From Octopus bimaculoides (taxonomy: Eukaryota), in assembly GCF_001194135.2 (NCBI RefSeq), contig NC_068982.1:65636596-65700595 (forward strand): a DNA stretch of 64,000 nucleotides, read 5' to 3'. The notes beneath the pieces are model-generated. The model was not told the origin of the DNA. It searched no databases and worked only from the letters and a program-made list of their open reading frames with translations. Position numbers and translations under genes: made by a program. How positions within the stretch are numbered: position 1 is the stretch's first letter; every line of letters begins with the position of its first letter. Shown one piece after another: positions 52,995 to 64,000 of the stretch.

Positions 52995-53725
52995 CAGGGT
53001 GTTCAAGTTAAATTTGACAGTTTGCACAAAAAGGAAAAGAAAACACAATATCTCATTCAAAAATAAAAGTATTTAAAAAGCTCAAAAACATCAACTAAAT
53101 TATTGTTGGGAGATAACAATTTACTCAAAGTAGTCACCCTCAGCTTCTACAACAGCCTCAAGACAGCTCCAGAACCTAGTGCATGCATTCTTCACTGTGT
53201 CATTGGGAAGATCTTTGAACTTGGCCACCAGTTCAACCTTAGTATTGAAGGCAGAGCAGTTAGTGCCTTTCTCAATGGTGCCACCCCACACTTAGTAATC
53301 CAAGTGACAACAGTTGGGGGAACTAGGTCAGAAATTGGGGGCTGGTAAAGTTGCAGAAATTCTCTGACAACTTCTGACTCTTTCTAGGTATGACAAGGAG
53401 CCAAATCTGGCTGCCACGCATATGGCTTCCCAGCAGCAACTCTCTCCAGCAACTTCACGTTGCCATCTGAATTGAGCCTAAGGACGATGTCACCCTCACA
53501 GGAAACACATCCAAAGAGCATCACAGTTGGAAGGAACTTGGTTTTCATGATACATGGAACATCATATAGATAGTAGGAAAACCACCCTTTCTGGGTGTTG
53601 TACAACTGGTCCTGGTAGAAGTTCTTTTTACCTAAGAAGAACCAGATCATCCTTAGCTCAACAGTATGCATCAGCTTTTTCAGGAGCTTCTTTATCTTGG
53701 CTATCAGAATTTTCCCTTGCACCTT
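52995..53725 (-). mobile_element. Second copy of the maT-like transposase relic
   Basis: VMLFGCVSCEGDI...PYAWQPDLAPCHT; cagggtgttc terminus at 52995. Confidence 0.65.
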
Positions 53726-53734
53726 TTATATGAA

Positions 53735-55065
53735 TGGCAAAGGTCTTCATTCACTGTCAGCTTCATAGAGGTGCAACGATATCAAAGGAAGGCAAACTAG
53801 GAAGATAGTTTTTGTATGTGGCAGATGCTCAGGAGCAATAAACACTGAAAATGTGCAGAGAACAACTTCTGCCACATTCCAGGGAGAAAAACTAGAAGTA
53901 GTTGATAGCTTCCGCTATCTAGGTGACCAAGTTTGTAGCGGGGGAGGGTGCGCTGAAAGTGTAGCTGCTAGAAGAGAATAGCCTGGGCAAAGTTCAGAGA
54001 GCTCTTACCTCTGCTGGTGACAAAGGGCCTCTCGCTCAGAGTAAAAGGTAGACTGTATGACGCATGTATATGAACAGCCATGCTACATGGCAGTGAAACA
54101 TGGGCCGTGATTGCTGAGGACATGCGTAAGCTCGCAAGGAATGAAGCCAGTGTGCTCCGATGGATGTGTAATGTCAGTGTGCATACTCGACAGAGTGTAA
54201 GTACCTTGAGAGAAAAGTTGGACCTAAGTAACATCAGTTGTGGTGTGCAGGAGAGACGATTGCGCTGGTATGGTCACATGGCAAGAATGGATGAGGATAG
54301 CTGTGTGAAAAAGTGCCACACCCTAGCAGTTGAGGGAACCTGTGGAAAAGGTAGACCCAAAAAGACCGGGAATGAGGTGGTGAAGCACGACCTTCGAACA
54401 TTAGGCCTCACCGAGGCAATGACTAGTGACCGAGACCTTTGGAAATATGCTGTGCGTGAGAAGACCCAGCAAGACAAGTGAGACCATAAATCGTGGCCTT
54501 TACCAACCCACTTATGTGTACCTTTCCTTCTATGGACACAAAACTCTGCTTGCGAGGACCTGTTGAGGCAAGTGAAATCGAAATCGAACCAAATCTGACG
54601 ACGGGCACCTTCATTGGACACTAAACTCTGCTTGCGAAGATCTGTTGGGGCAAGTGAAATCGAAATTGAACCAAATTCAATGACTGGCACCTGTGCCAGT
54701 GGAGCGCTAGTAGCACCATCCAAGCAGGATCACTGCCAGAGCAGTTGTCTGGCTTCCGTGCCGGTGGCATGTAATAAGCATTATTTGGCACGTGAACAAA
54801 ACATTCAAGTGAGGTCGTTGCCAGTGCCGCTGGACTGACTCCTGTGCAGGTGGCACGTAAAAAACACCATTTGAGCGTGGCCGTTGCCAGTACTGCCAGA
54901 CTGGCCCTTGTGCCGATGGCATGAAAAAGCACCCACTACACTCTCGGAGTTGTTGGCATTAGGAAGGGCATCCAGCTGTAGAAACTCTGCCAGATCAGAT
55001 TGGAGCCTGGTGCAGCCATCTGGCTCGCCAGTCCTCAGTGAAATCGCCCAACCCATGCTAGCATT
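53735..55065 (+). mobile_element. RTE LINE 3' remnant (least decayed copy)
   Basis: MLHGSETW...RLRWYGH...GRPKKT ORF; 3' UTR with an internal 83-bp-period duplication (54534-54677). Confidence 0.85.
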
Positions 55066-55220
55066 CACAAGGTTTTGGTCAGCCTGAGGCTATAGAGAAG
55101 ACACCTGCCCAAAGTGCCATGCAGTGGGAATGAACCCAGAAGATTGTGGTTAAGAAGCAAACTTCTTAGCATGCAGCCATACCTCTGTGTCTGTGCATGT
55201 ATACATACATAAGTATGCAC

Positions 55221-55251
<31 letters not shown>

Positions 55252-55274
55252 TGCATGCATGCATGTATGTATAG

Positions 55275-55935
55275 GGGTGTCACCAGGACTAAGTAGTCAG
55301 TCTCCTCCTATTCATCATAGTTCCCCAAGTTATAACAGAGGAGTTGGCTACCCTTGGGAACTACTATATGTTGATGATCTCATTCTTATATCAGAATCTG
55401 TAGAAATTGGAAAAGAAATTCCAGGTGTGGAAGCAAAGCCTGGAATCAAAAGGCCTTGATTTAACCAAGCAAAGTCTGAAGTTGTAGTTAGCAAGAGAAC
55501 AGATAAGACTCTCTTCCTACCAGGTAAAAGTCTCTGCTCAATATGTAGAAAGTATGTTGGAAGGAATTACATACAATGTGCCCAGTGAAAGGTTAACAGA
55601 GAAAGTAGTCTGTATATGTGGCAGATGCACAGGAACAATAAACACTAAGAAAACAAGAATTAGATTTTCTCAAATGTTCTATTATCTAAGTGACCTAATT
55701 AGCAGTGGAATACAATGTTCTGAAAATATAGCTGTTAGAATGAGAACAATGGAAAAAGTTCAGAAAGCTATTATCTATGTTGGCAAAAAAATTTCTCTGT
55801 GTGTGTGTGTAAAAGGCAGATTATATGATGCTTGTGTATGAACAGCTATGCTACATGGTAGTAAGATGTAAGGACAGGAGAGGAATGAAGCTAGTATGCT
55901 CCACTGAATGTGCAATATCAGTGTGCATGTAGATG
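55275..55935 (+). mobile_element. Degenerate RTE reverse transcriptase fragment
   Basis: PWELLYVDDL (YADD-type motif) with frameshifts. Confidence 0.7.
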
Positions 55936-56651
55936 TCATAGTTCAATATTATGTCAACTGGTCATAGCCCAACATCTTATCTGCTTTCAGTAATTTGATA
56001 CGTTTTCAAATGTTATAGTCCAATATCATTATTGTCATTTTGCCTCTATATCTACTACATATTTATGAATATGCCCGTAAGTCTGTTCTGGATTTGCTTA
56101 AAAGCAATGAAGAAAGACTCGCAAAACCATGTACATTATTATTCACCATCTACTTTGAAATTCATTTCCTTCTATACAGCATCAATGTGCTTGAGCTAAA
56201 TTCTGAAATATCTTTACTCAAATACTATCTTACATGTACACACACACAATCACTCATATATCACATCACATACTCTCTCTCACATGAACCTTAGGTGATA
56301 GCTGTTATCTGTCATCTAGATATAAACCACCATCTGGGCTTTGAGTGCTTTTAGTCCATTCTATTGCAAGTTTTGGAAGCTGTGAACATGGTCATGGAAT
56401 CCTGTCCTCCTTCCCCTGGATAGTTCATGCAAAAAAACTAAAACTGCAACTTGTAAAATCTCACAAATACACGCACTTTGTTCTTTCTCTCTCTCTCACT
56501 CATGCTTACATACACACATGTACATGTACTATTAGATTTTGTATAAATTGTAAATTAATATAGATATAGATTGTTTAAAGTATCAAGATATGATTTAAAA
56601 AAAATTTCAATGCTTAACTATTAAACTAAATCAGAATAAACTGAAACAAAC

Positions 56652-56785
56652 CTTTCATTATATAACCAAGCCAGGAATTGTGTTGAATTCCAATAAGTAT
56701 CATCACATTCCCAGTCACCATCAGACCAAATCACTTCTGGTTTGTATTGCTTAACAATTTCATAAAGCTCTGGTATAGCTTTTGT
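56652..56785 (-). CDS. FUCA: Alpha-L-fucosidase exon (TKAIPELYE...[26 protein letters not shown])
   Basis: gatag and gtttgt junctions; catalytic nucleophile Asp in WSDG. Confidence 0.96.
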
Positions 56786-58314
56786 CTATCAGTCAAAAAC
56801 AGAATAAAGATTTATATGTTTTTATGGAACATGCAAGCCTTTCCAAATAGGCCACAACATAGAGAACATTACAAAATTAGAAAAAGGAGTTTCAAATCCA
56901 GCATGTGCACAGAACCAAGTTTTTTGTTTTTAGGTAAATGCTATAAGTCATAGTTGAATCCTACCATCAGTATTCTTGAGAGGGGGAGAGAGTGGGGAGG
57001 CAGAATGGGAAACAAGCATATTTTTTCTATGGAGAAACTTGGTTTTGGATAGTTTTATGGTGAACTCCAGTCTTCTCTGAAAATATGCCTGGTCCTGCAG
57101 TTATCAGTACAAAATAGTCACATATTAACCGATATATATATATATATATATATTTTCAACAAGACACTTTATTTCATGTTGCTCCAGTCCACTCAGCTGG
57201 CAAAAACGAGTAGTATCTGCATTTCAAAAGGCCAGCCTTATCGTACTCTGTGTCAAGCTGAATCTCTTTGAGAACTATGTTAGAGTGTACACATGTTTGT
57301 GGAGTGCTCAGCCACTTGCATATAATTTCATGAGCAGGCTGTTATATTGATCGGATCAGCTGGAGCCCTCATCATTGTAACCGATGGAATGCATGTGATT
57401 GTATTTTGTACTGATAACAATTAAAATTTCTTCCATCAAAAAGAAACGTTGCTATGTACCTCTGAATGTGTATGGACTTCTACACACATGTCAGTATTTC
57501 ACTATTATTATTACTGCCAATATCTGTACAATTGTGTTGATATGTATAACTGTTCATGTAAATCATTTCATTTACCCAGCAAATAAGATGCTTAATAGGC
57601 TTCAGTCATACATTTGGCCATCATCATTATCATCATCCTTGTTTAATAGTCACTTTTCCATGATTGCAAGAGTCAGATAAGATTTCTTGAGGTAGAATTT
57701 ATAGACAGATGCCTTTCCTGCAGCTAACCCTCACCTGTTTCAAAATAAAGTGATACTTCCCAATGACCAGACGCATTTTCATATCATTGTAATTATTGTC
57801 TCAACATTTAACATCCATTTTCCATGCTGACGTGGGTTGGACAGCTTGATAGAAACTGGCAAAGCCAGGGACTGCACCAAGTTCCATAGTCTGTCTTGGC
57901 TTGGTTTCCATGGCTAGATGTCCTTCCTAATGCCAACCACCCAACAGAGGGTACTGGGTGTTTTTTACATTGCACCATCACCAGTGCTTTTTATGAGGTA
58001 CCAGCATCCACACCAATGCTTTTTACAGAAGATTGGAAATGAAGCACACTGCATGCCAGTGACTTTCGTTTACAGATATCACTTGTCAAGGAATAGAGAC
58101 AATAACACACACATATACACATAGATAGATATACATACATTGACTTATTTCAGTTTCCCATCAAGTGGATTGATTATCCAGGGCTATAGTAGAAGACACT
58201 TGCCCAAGATGCTGCATAGTGGGACTGAACCCAAAACCTCATGATTGGGAAGCAAACTTACTACACAGTCATATATGCACCTATTTGATATCCAAATAAA
58301 TTTCTCAAAGAACG

Positions 58315-58996
58315 AAATTCGGATCTAGTTCAAAACGGGGGCACCAGTTTTCATTTATGTTTTATGTAGTGTTTTTGGTACCGAAAGACTTTCAAACTTC
58401 GTATACTTATCTATTTTGTGTTATAGAACAAAAAAAAATTTTTGTATTCGAATTAATTTCATGTAAAAAATTGTCTTATTTCGATAATTTCAACCAATCA
58501 CTGACAAGTATTCAGCTGTTTACAGTTACTCCTTTGGCAGTTTAAGTGGTGTAAAGCGTATTTAANNNNNNNNNNACTTCTGACATTTTGCAGAGAGGCA
58601 ACACACGTGTGTTCGTTTTCCCTAACCCTAACCCACTTGCTCCTTCCCTCAAAAACCAAGCCTTGTGCCTATAATAGAAAGGTTTATTAGCTACTGCCAA
58701 TATGCTTCAGCCATTTTTTGACAAGGAAATAATAATTTTATCACCACCAGAATCGTTTGAGAATCGTTTGTTTACGTAGTCAGCACTTAATGTATTCGGC
58801 TGAATGGACGTCAGTCATTGGTTGAAATTACAGAAATACAACTTTAACATGAAATAAATTGCAATATAATAATTTTTCTTAAGAAGACTAAGAGAAAAAG
58901 ATGTTTTATATGACACATTCTACCAGTGTCCCAAATTTCAAAGTGTTTCGTTAAGAAAATACTGGTGCCCCCGTTTTGAACTAGATCCCGAAATTT
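58315..58996. mobile_element. Non-autonomous DNA transposon with about 38-bp near-perfect TIRs and imperfect subterminal inverted repeats
   Basis: ggatctagttcaaaacgggggcaccagt versus actggtgcccccgttttgaactagatcc; 10-N gap inside. Confidence 0.75.
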
Positions 58997-59214
58997 ATTT
59001 GCTCAGTAATTATTGATAAAAGATTTAGTGTTTCAAATTTTAGTAGTTTCTGAAATAACCAGAAAACAAGCAACCAAACAAATATGATAAAACTGTAGTA
59101 CCTAGTTTTTTGCTGGTTGGATATGTTGGATGGAAGAGGAGAGGAACAATAATAATAATAGTGGTGCATAATAATTTGCATAAACAATTTGATAAAGTAT
59201 ATGTCTATATGTAC

Positions 59215-59342
59215 CTTAGCAAATTCATGTGTTGTAAAGTTGGAAGCTTTATCTTGCAAATAGAGTGGATGAAACCATTCTAATAATGAATGGTATAAGC
59301 CAAAATGAATGGAAGTCTCTTTGATAGCTACAGCTAATTCAC
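59215..59342 (-). CDS. FUCA: Alpha-L-fucosidase exon (ELAVAIK...[16 protein letters not shown]...EFAK)
   Basis: atttcag and gtacat junctions; FGLYHS-x-x-EW motif; phase 1 to 0. Confidence 0.95.
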
Positions 59343-61290
59343 CTGAAATTTAAAAATCAAGTCATAAGACATTCTACTGCAATGAAAAGAATTACAGAAC
59401 TTTATACAAAACAGTTTGGTCATGATTCATAGTTGCATGGCCATGTGGTTAAGAAACTCAGTTTGCTACCATGCGGTTTCAGGTTCAGTGCAACTGTATA
59501 GCACTTTCGGCAAATATCTTCTACTATAGTTCTGGGCCAAACCATGCCTTGTGAGTAAATTTGATGGACAGGAACTGCATGGAAGACCATGTCTCTGTAG
59601 GGGGAGGGGTATGTGCGTGTGTGTGTCTATCACTCTACCACTTGACAACTGGTGTTGGTTTGTTTACATCCCAAAGACTTAGCAATCTGGCATAACCCTT
59701 TAGCATTCAGATTTCTTTGACCAATGAAATGCTTATTTATTCAGTTTTGAATAAATCACAATTTATTTTGTAGCTTCAAAATTTCAATGGTGTGCATGTA
59801 TATTTTTAGAATGACATTGTAGGGTAGGTGTGAGAGGTTGGATCTAGTCAGTTTTAGCATAAAACAGGTATAATATTTGAATCGGATATGGCTGGTTAAA
59901 TACGAAAGGGTTAAGAGACTGATACAACAAGTACAGATTTTTAAAAAAAGCTAAGTACTGAGGTAGATTCATTGGACTAAATCCTTCAAGGTGGTATCCT
60001 AGTATGGCTGCAGTCCAATGACTAAAACAAGTGAAACATTGAACTTGGAATATAGGCATGCTTTCCATCTCCACACAATTCTTGTTATCAGAAATCTCTC
60101 TTAGTATGTATGGTAGAACTAATATCATCTAATATTTACATACAAATATTTTATTTATCAAGTACAAGGTCAGTTTTTTGTGAAGGAGGACATAAGGTTG
60201 GCAACTGAATGAATTATGGTATATTATATTTGTACATATTTTATTGATCAAAAGTAAAGTAAACACTCATGGAAATAGAACCTAAAATCAAGAAATATAA
60301 AACTATATACAGCAATATTGTTAGTTTGGTTCTATTGTTATTGTTGTTGTTTAACCCTAAGCCAGTATGAAACCAAACAGAACTTTCATTAAAGGTGTTC
60401 TAGGTATGAACACCTCATCTTTTATCATCATCATCATCGTCGTTTAATGTCCGCCCTCCATGCTAGCATGGGTTGGACGATTTGACTGAGGACTGGTGAA
60501 ACCAGATGGCTACACCAGGCTCCAATCTGATTTGGCAGAGTTTCTACAGCTGGATGACCTTCCTAACGCCAACCACTCCAAGAGTGTAGTGGGTGCTTTT
60601 ATGTGCCACCGGCACGAAGGCCAGTCAGGTGGTACTGGCAACGGCCACGCTCAAAATGGTGTATTTTACGGGCCACCCACACAAGAGCCAGTCCAGCGGA
60701 ACTGGCAACGATCTCGCTCGAAAGTCCTTTACATATGCCATGGGCACAAATGCCAGAAAGGTGACGCTGGGCACAGGTGCCATGCATAATGTATTTATGA
60801 CTAACTTATCCAACATGTCTTTCCACTTTTAAAATGTAAAGTAATATTTTCCCAGGACCACAAATGTTTTCACAGAAGATTGGAAAGAACATCAGTTGCA
60901 TGAAAGAGACACTTGTTTACAAATATCATGTAATGTTAAGACAAAGAGACAGTAACACACACACATACAATGGGCTCCTTTCAGTTTCCATCTGCCAAAT
61001 CTACTTCCAAGGCCTTGGTCAGCCCTGGAACTATAGTAGAATATACTTGCCCAAAGTGCCATGCAGTGGAACTGAACCCAAAACCATGTGATTGGGAAGC
61101 AAACTTCTTACCACACAGCTACACCTACACCTCATTAGCTATATACAGAATATAAGTATACTTTTTGCTTTCTGGATTTAACAAATAAATTAAACATTTT
61201 CAAAAGTACTTAAATGATAATGAGGTCAAATAAGAATTCCAACAGTCAATAATTTACATACGAATACTAATAAAAAAGTAACTTACATAC

Positions 61291-61397
61291 CTACAAGATC
61301 TCTGTGAGGTCCAACAGCCATTGAATTCCAATTCCATGACACTTTTGATGGCCAATTTGTGAAACCTTCATGATGTTTGCTTGTTAGTACTACATAT
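61291..61397 (-). CDS. FUCA: Alpha-L-fucosidase (GH29) internal exon ([35 protein letters not shown]); upstream exons outside the window
   Basis: attacag and gtatgt junctions; KHHEGF motif. Confidence 0.95.
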
Positions 61398-64000
61398 CTG
61401 TAATATAACATAAATTTGTGGTGAGTTTTAATAGTAAACAAGATTTGATTTTGTTTTACTAGACACAAAACTATGTTTTAGGAGAGAAATATAACTGATC
61501 AGATTCACTATAGAGTATTATTAGAACTTATTCTATTACTGAGGATATGTCTTTGTGACGATTTGATCTGCTAGAAATAGCAGTTAAATATCCTTCAAAT
61601 CACAACCATCTTAAAAAATAAGGACACATTGGATATTGTAGTTATAGATCTGAGTTACAAAAAGATGGGGTCTATTAGGCTAGAATAGCTGTGGGTATTG
61701 GTCTGTTCTTTCAGGGCTGATCTGGGACTGACCAACAACTTTAGTGAGATGGAAGTTAAAACTGAGCCAAGTGGAATTTAAGCTCAGAATAAAGAGGCTC
61801 AAAATTAAACATTGTAAGGATCAACTGTCTTGACACATGATACAATTTTAATATAATTTAGTTATGTTAATAAGTGCAGGTATGGCTGTGTGGAAAGAAG
61901 TTTGCTTGCCAACCACATGGTTTTAGGTTCAGTCTCACTGCATGGTACTTTAGGCAAGTGTCTTCTATTACAACCCTGGGCCAACTAAAGCCTTGTAGGT
62001 GGATTTGATAGATGGAAACTGAAAGAAGTTTGTTGCGCACGCGCGCGTGTTACTCTGTTACTTGTTTCAGTCATTTATTTGACAGCAGCCATGCTGGAGT
62101 GTGTATATATTACTATCACCTTTCTTTAACATTGTATGACAGTTGTAAATAAGTGTCACTGTCATGCAAGCAGTGTCCTTTGTTTCCAATCTTCTGTGAG
62201 AATATGTCTTGTCAAGGGGAAATATTGACTTACTTAGAAAAAGGTGAGGGTTGGTGACATGTTGTAAATACATTATGCATAAATATAAAAGATGAGGTGG
62301 TCATGGCTAGAACACCTTCAATCAAAGTTCTGTTTAGTCAATACTGACTTAGGGTTAGACAACAACAATAGAACCAAACTGTAAGAAATTTAGCTCAACA
62401 AGTTCCATCTGACACTTGTGAGTAAGGACTGGTGGATGTTAAGATGATGATAATAAGGAAGGGAAGTTCTAGATTTGAAATGCTTTAAAATCAGGAGATA
62501 TAGTGAAACCATTTAAGATAAATGTTATTTAATCCTTAACTCTTTAGCATTCAAACTGGCCATATCTGGCCCAAATATTCTACCTGTATTATGGGTAGGC
62601 CAGCTAGATCCAACCTTTCATAACTACTCTATAATGTCAGTCTAAAAATAAATAGTGACATCATCAAAACCTTGAAGCTATGAGAAACAATGTGAATAAG
62701 TATTACATTTGACAGAATAATCTGAATGCTAAAGGGGTAAAGGTTATTTTATTTATTTATTTTTTTTTTGCTATAGAACAAAAGGAACTCATATCATACG
62801 AGAAAAATAATGTAGATAACAAATTCAACCCAAAACACCGAAATGTTTCACAAAGCTTGTTCCTCTTCAGACATCACTTTCACCTCTGACCCACATCCAA
62901 CCACAACAAACATATGGACAGATTCCCAAATCTCTTAACTTATCTGCCCACCATCATCGTCATCACACTAACAAATCAATCAACAAAGCAAAAACAACTT
63001 TACAATAAAATAATTGTAGAAGCCTCTATGAAACACATTCCATAAGGCAAGATAAAAAACATAACCCAGTTTATGGAATGAAACTCCTAACCAGATATAA
63101 TCAAGGGACATAATATACTAATACCATACAACTGAAAAAATAAGCAAAAAACTCAGCATCAAACAAGCAAACTAGAAAATAACACCACCCAACAAAAAGC
63201 AGAAAATTGGTCACTGCCATCACCATCATCATTTAATATGCAGTATCCATGCTAGCAAAGGTTAGATAGTCTTGAGTCTGAGAACAGCATCATGTGCCAA
63301 TGTCTACTTTGGCATGTTTCCTATGGCTGGATATTCTTCCTAACACCAACCACTTTACAGAGTGTATTGGGCATTTTTTTTCATGGTACCAATGCTAGTG
63401 ATAATTGCCTAGTAACTTGCAAGACTAATGCCCTAAAGTGACTCTTGTAACTGAGAGAGAACCAGCATAAACCATAAACAAAAGAAGCAACAAGTTAGCA
63501 ACATCAAATTATAACAAGTTAGCAACATCAAATTATAACATCAACTACTCATATCAATGCTGTCAAATTCTCAAAATTTTTGTAGGTGTCAGTCAGTGGC
63601 CCGGGAACAAAATTTGCTTGGGGGGTGCAAACTCAGTTTCAAAATTTGGCACTACTGGAGAAGTGTGGATCCGAGTTCTGGGAGTGTGCATGTCACAAAT
63701 TTGCGCATGTGCCCGTGTTAGTCGTAAGTAGTCAAATTTAGCACACAGGTAAAAAACGAGACGCTCGCTACTTGCTGTAAATGGAGGGTGGGTTATCCAT
63801 CTAATACAAGAAGAAAATTGCAGATTAATTGAATAAAATTGAATGAAAAATAACAAAATGACATTTCATTGAAAAGTAAACCATTCTGAAAGATAGTTCA
63901 GAATGTTTCCAAAACATTCATCTCCAGCTTTTCCCATATTTTATTAAGGGTTAGGGATTAGGGTTAGGGTTTAAAGTTAGGGGAGGTGAATGTTTTTTCA

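Noticed and set aside
62841-62870. CTGAAGA...GAAAC on the minus strand as a second hammerhead
   Set aside because: Helix II is poor, no helix I, and no recognisable RT nearby
63945-63982. True telomere or chromosome end
   Set aside because: Only four exact hexamers, interrupted, and inside a gene whose 5' exons must lie further on

Overview
AT-rich, repeat-dense animal genomic DNA. It is most likely an octopod cephalopod (inferred from the SINE/RTE repeat landscape, not proven) and has four assembly gaps. Three intron-rich housekeeping genes can be reconstructed by hand with canonical GT-AG junctions and consistent phases. ARL3 lies on + (coding exons 2036-13628; the ATG-only first exon was not located). 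IDH3B, the NAD-isocitrate dehydrogenase beta subunit, is complete on - (10 exons, 38657 to 16532, about 386 aa) and convergent with ARL3. The 3' seven exons of a GH29 alpha-L-fucosidase lie on - (61397 to 45366; its 5' exons are beyond the window). Introns hold RTE LINE remnants, three tRNA-derived SINE families, mariner/maT relics, R4/Dong-like and HERO-like RLE retrotransposon fragments, a Penelope-like fragment and microsatellites. The most notable oddities are: (1) a tandemly duplicated IDH3B presequence exon with an intact donor, a SINE-supplied acceptor and an R-to-P change at the predicted processing site; (2) a roughly 300-bp element with about 80-bp inverted arms enclosing a tRNA-like cloverleaf; (3) a long intronic fold-back whose mismatches favour pairing on the transcribed strand; (4) hammerhead-core-like words at retroelement 3' ends. 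I see no evidence for a novel multi-gene system. All alignments were done by eye and repeat boundaries are approximate.
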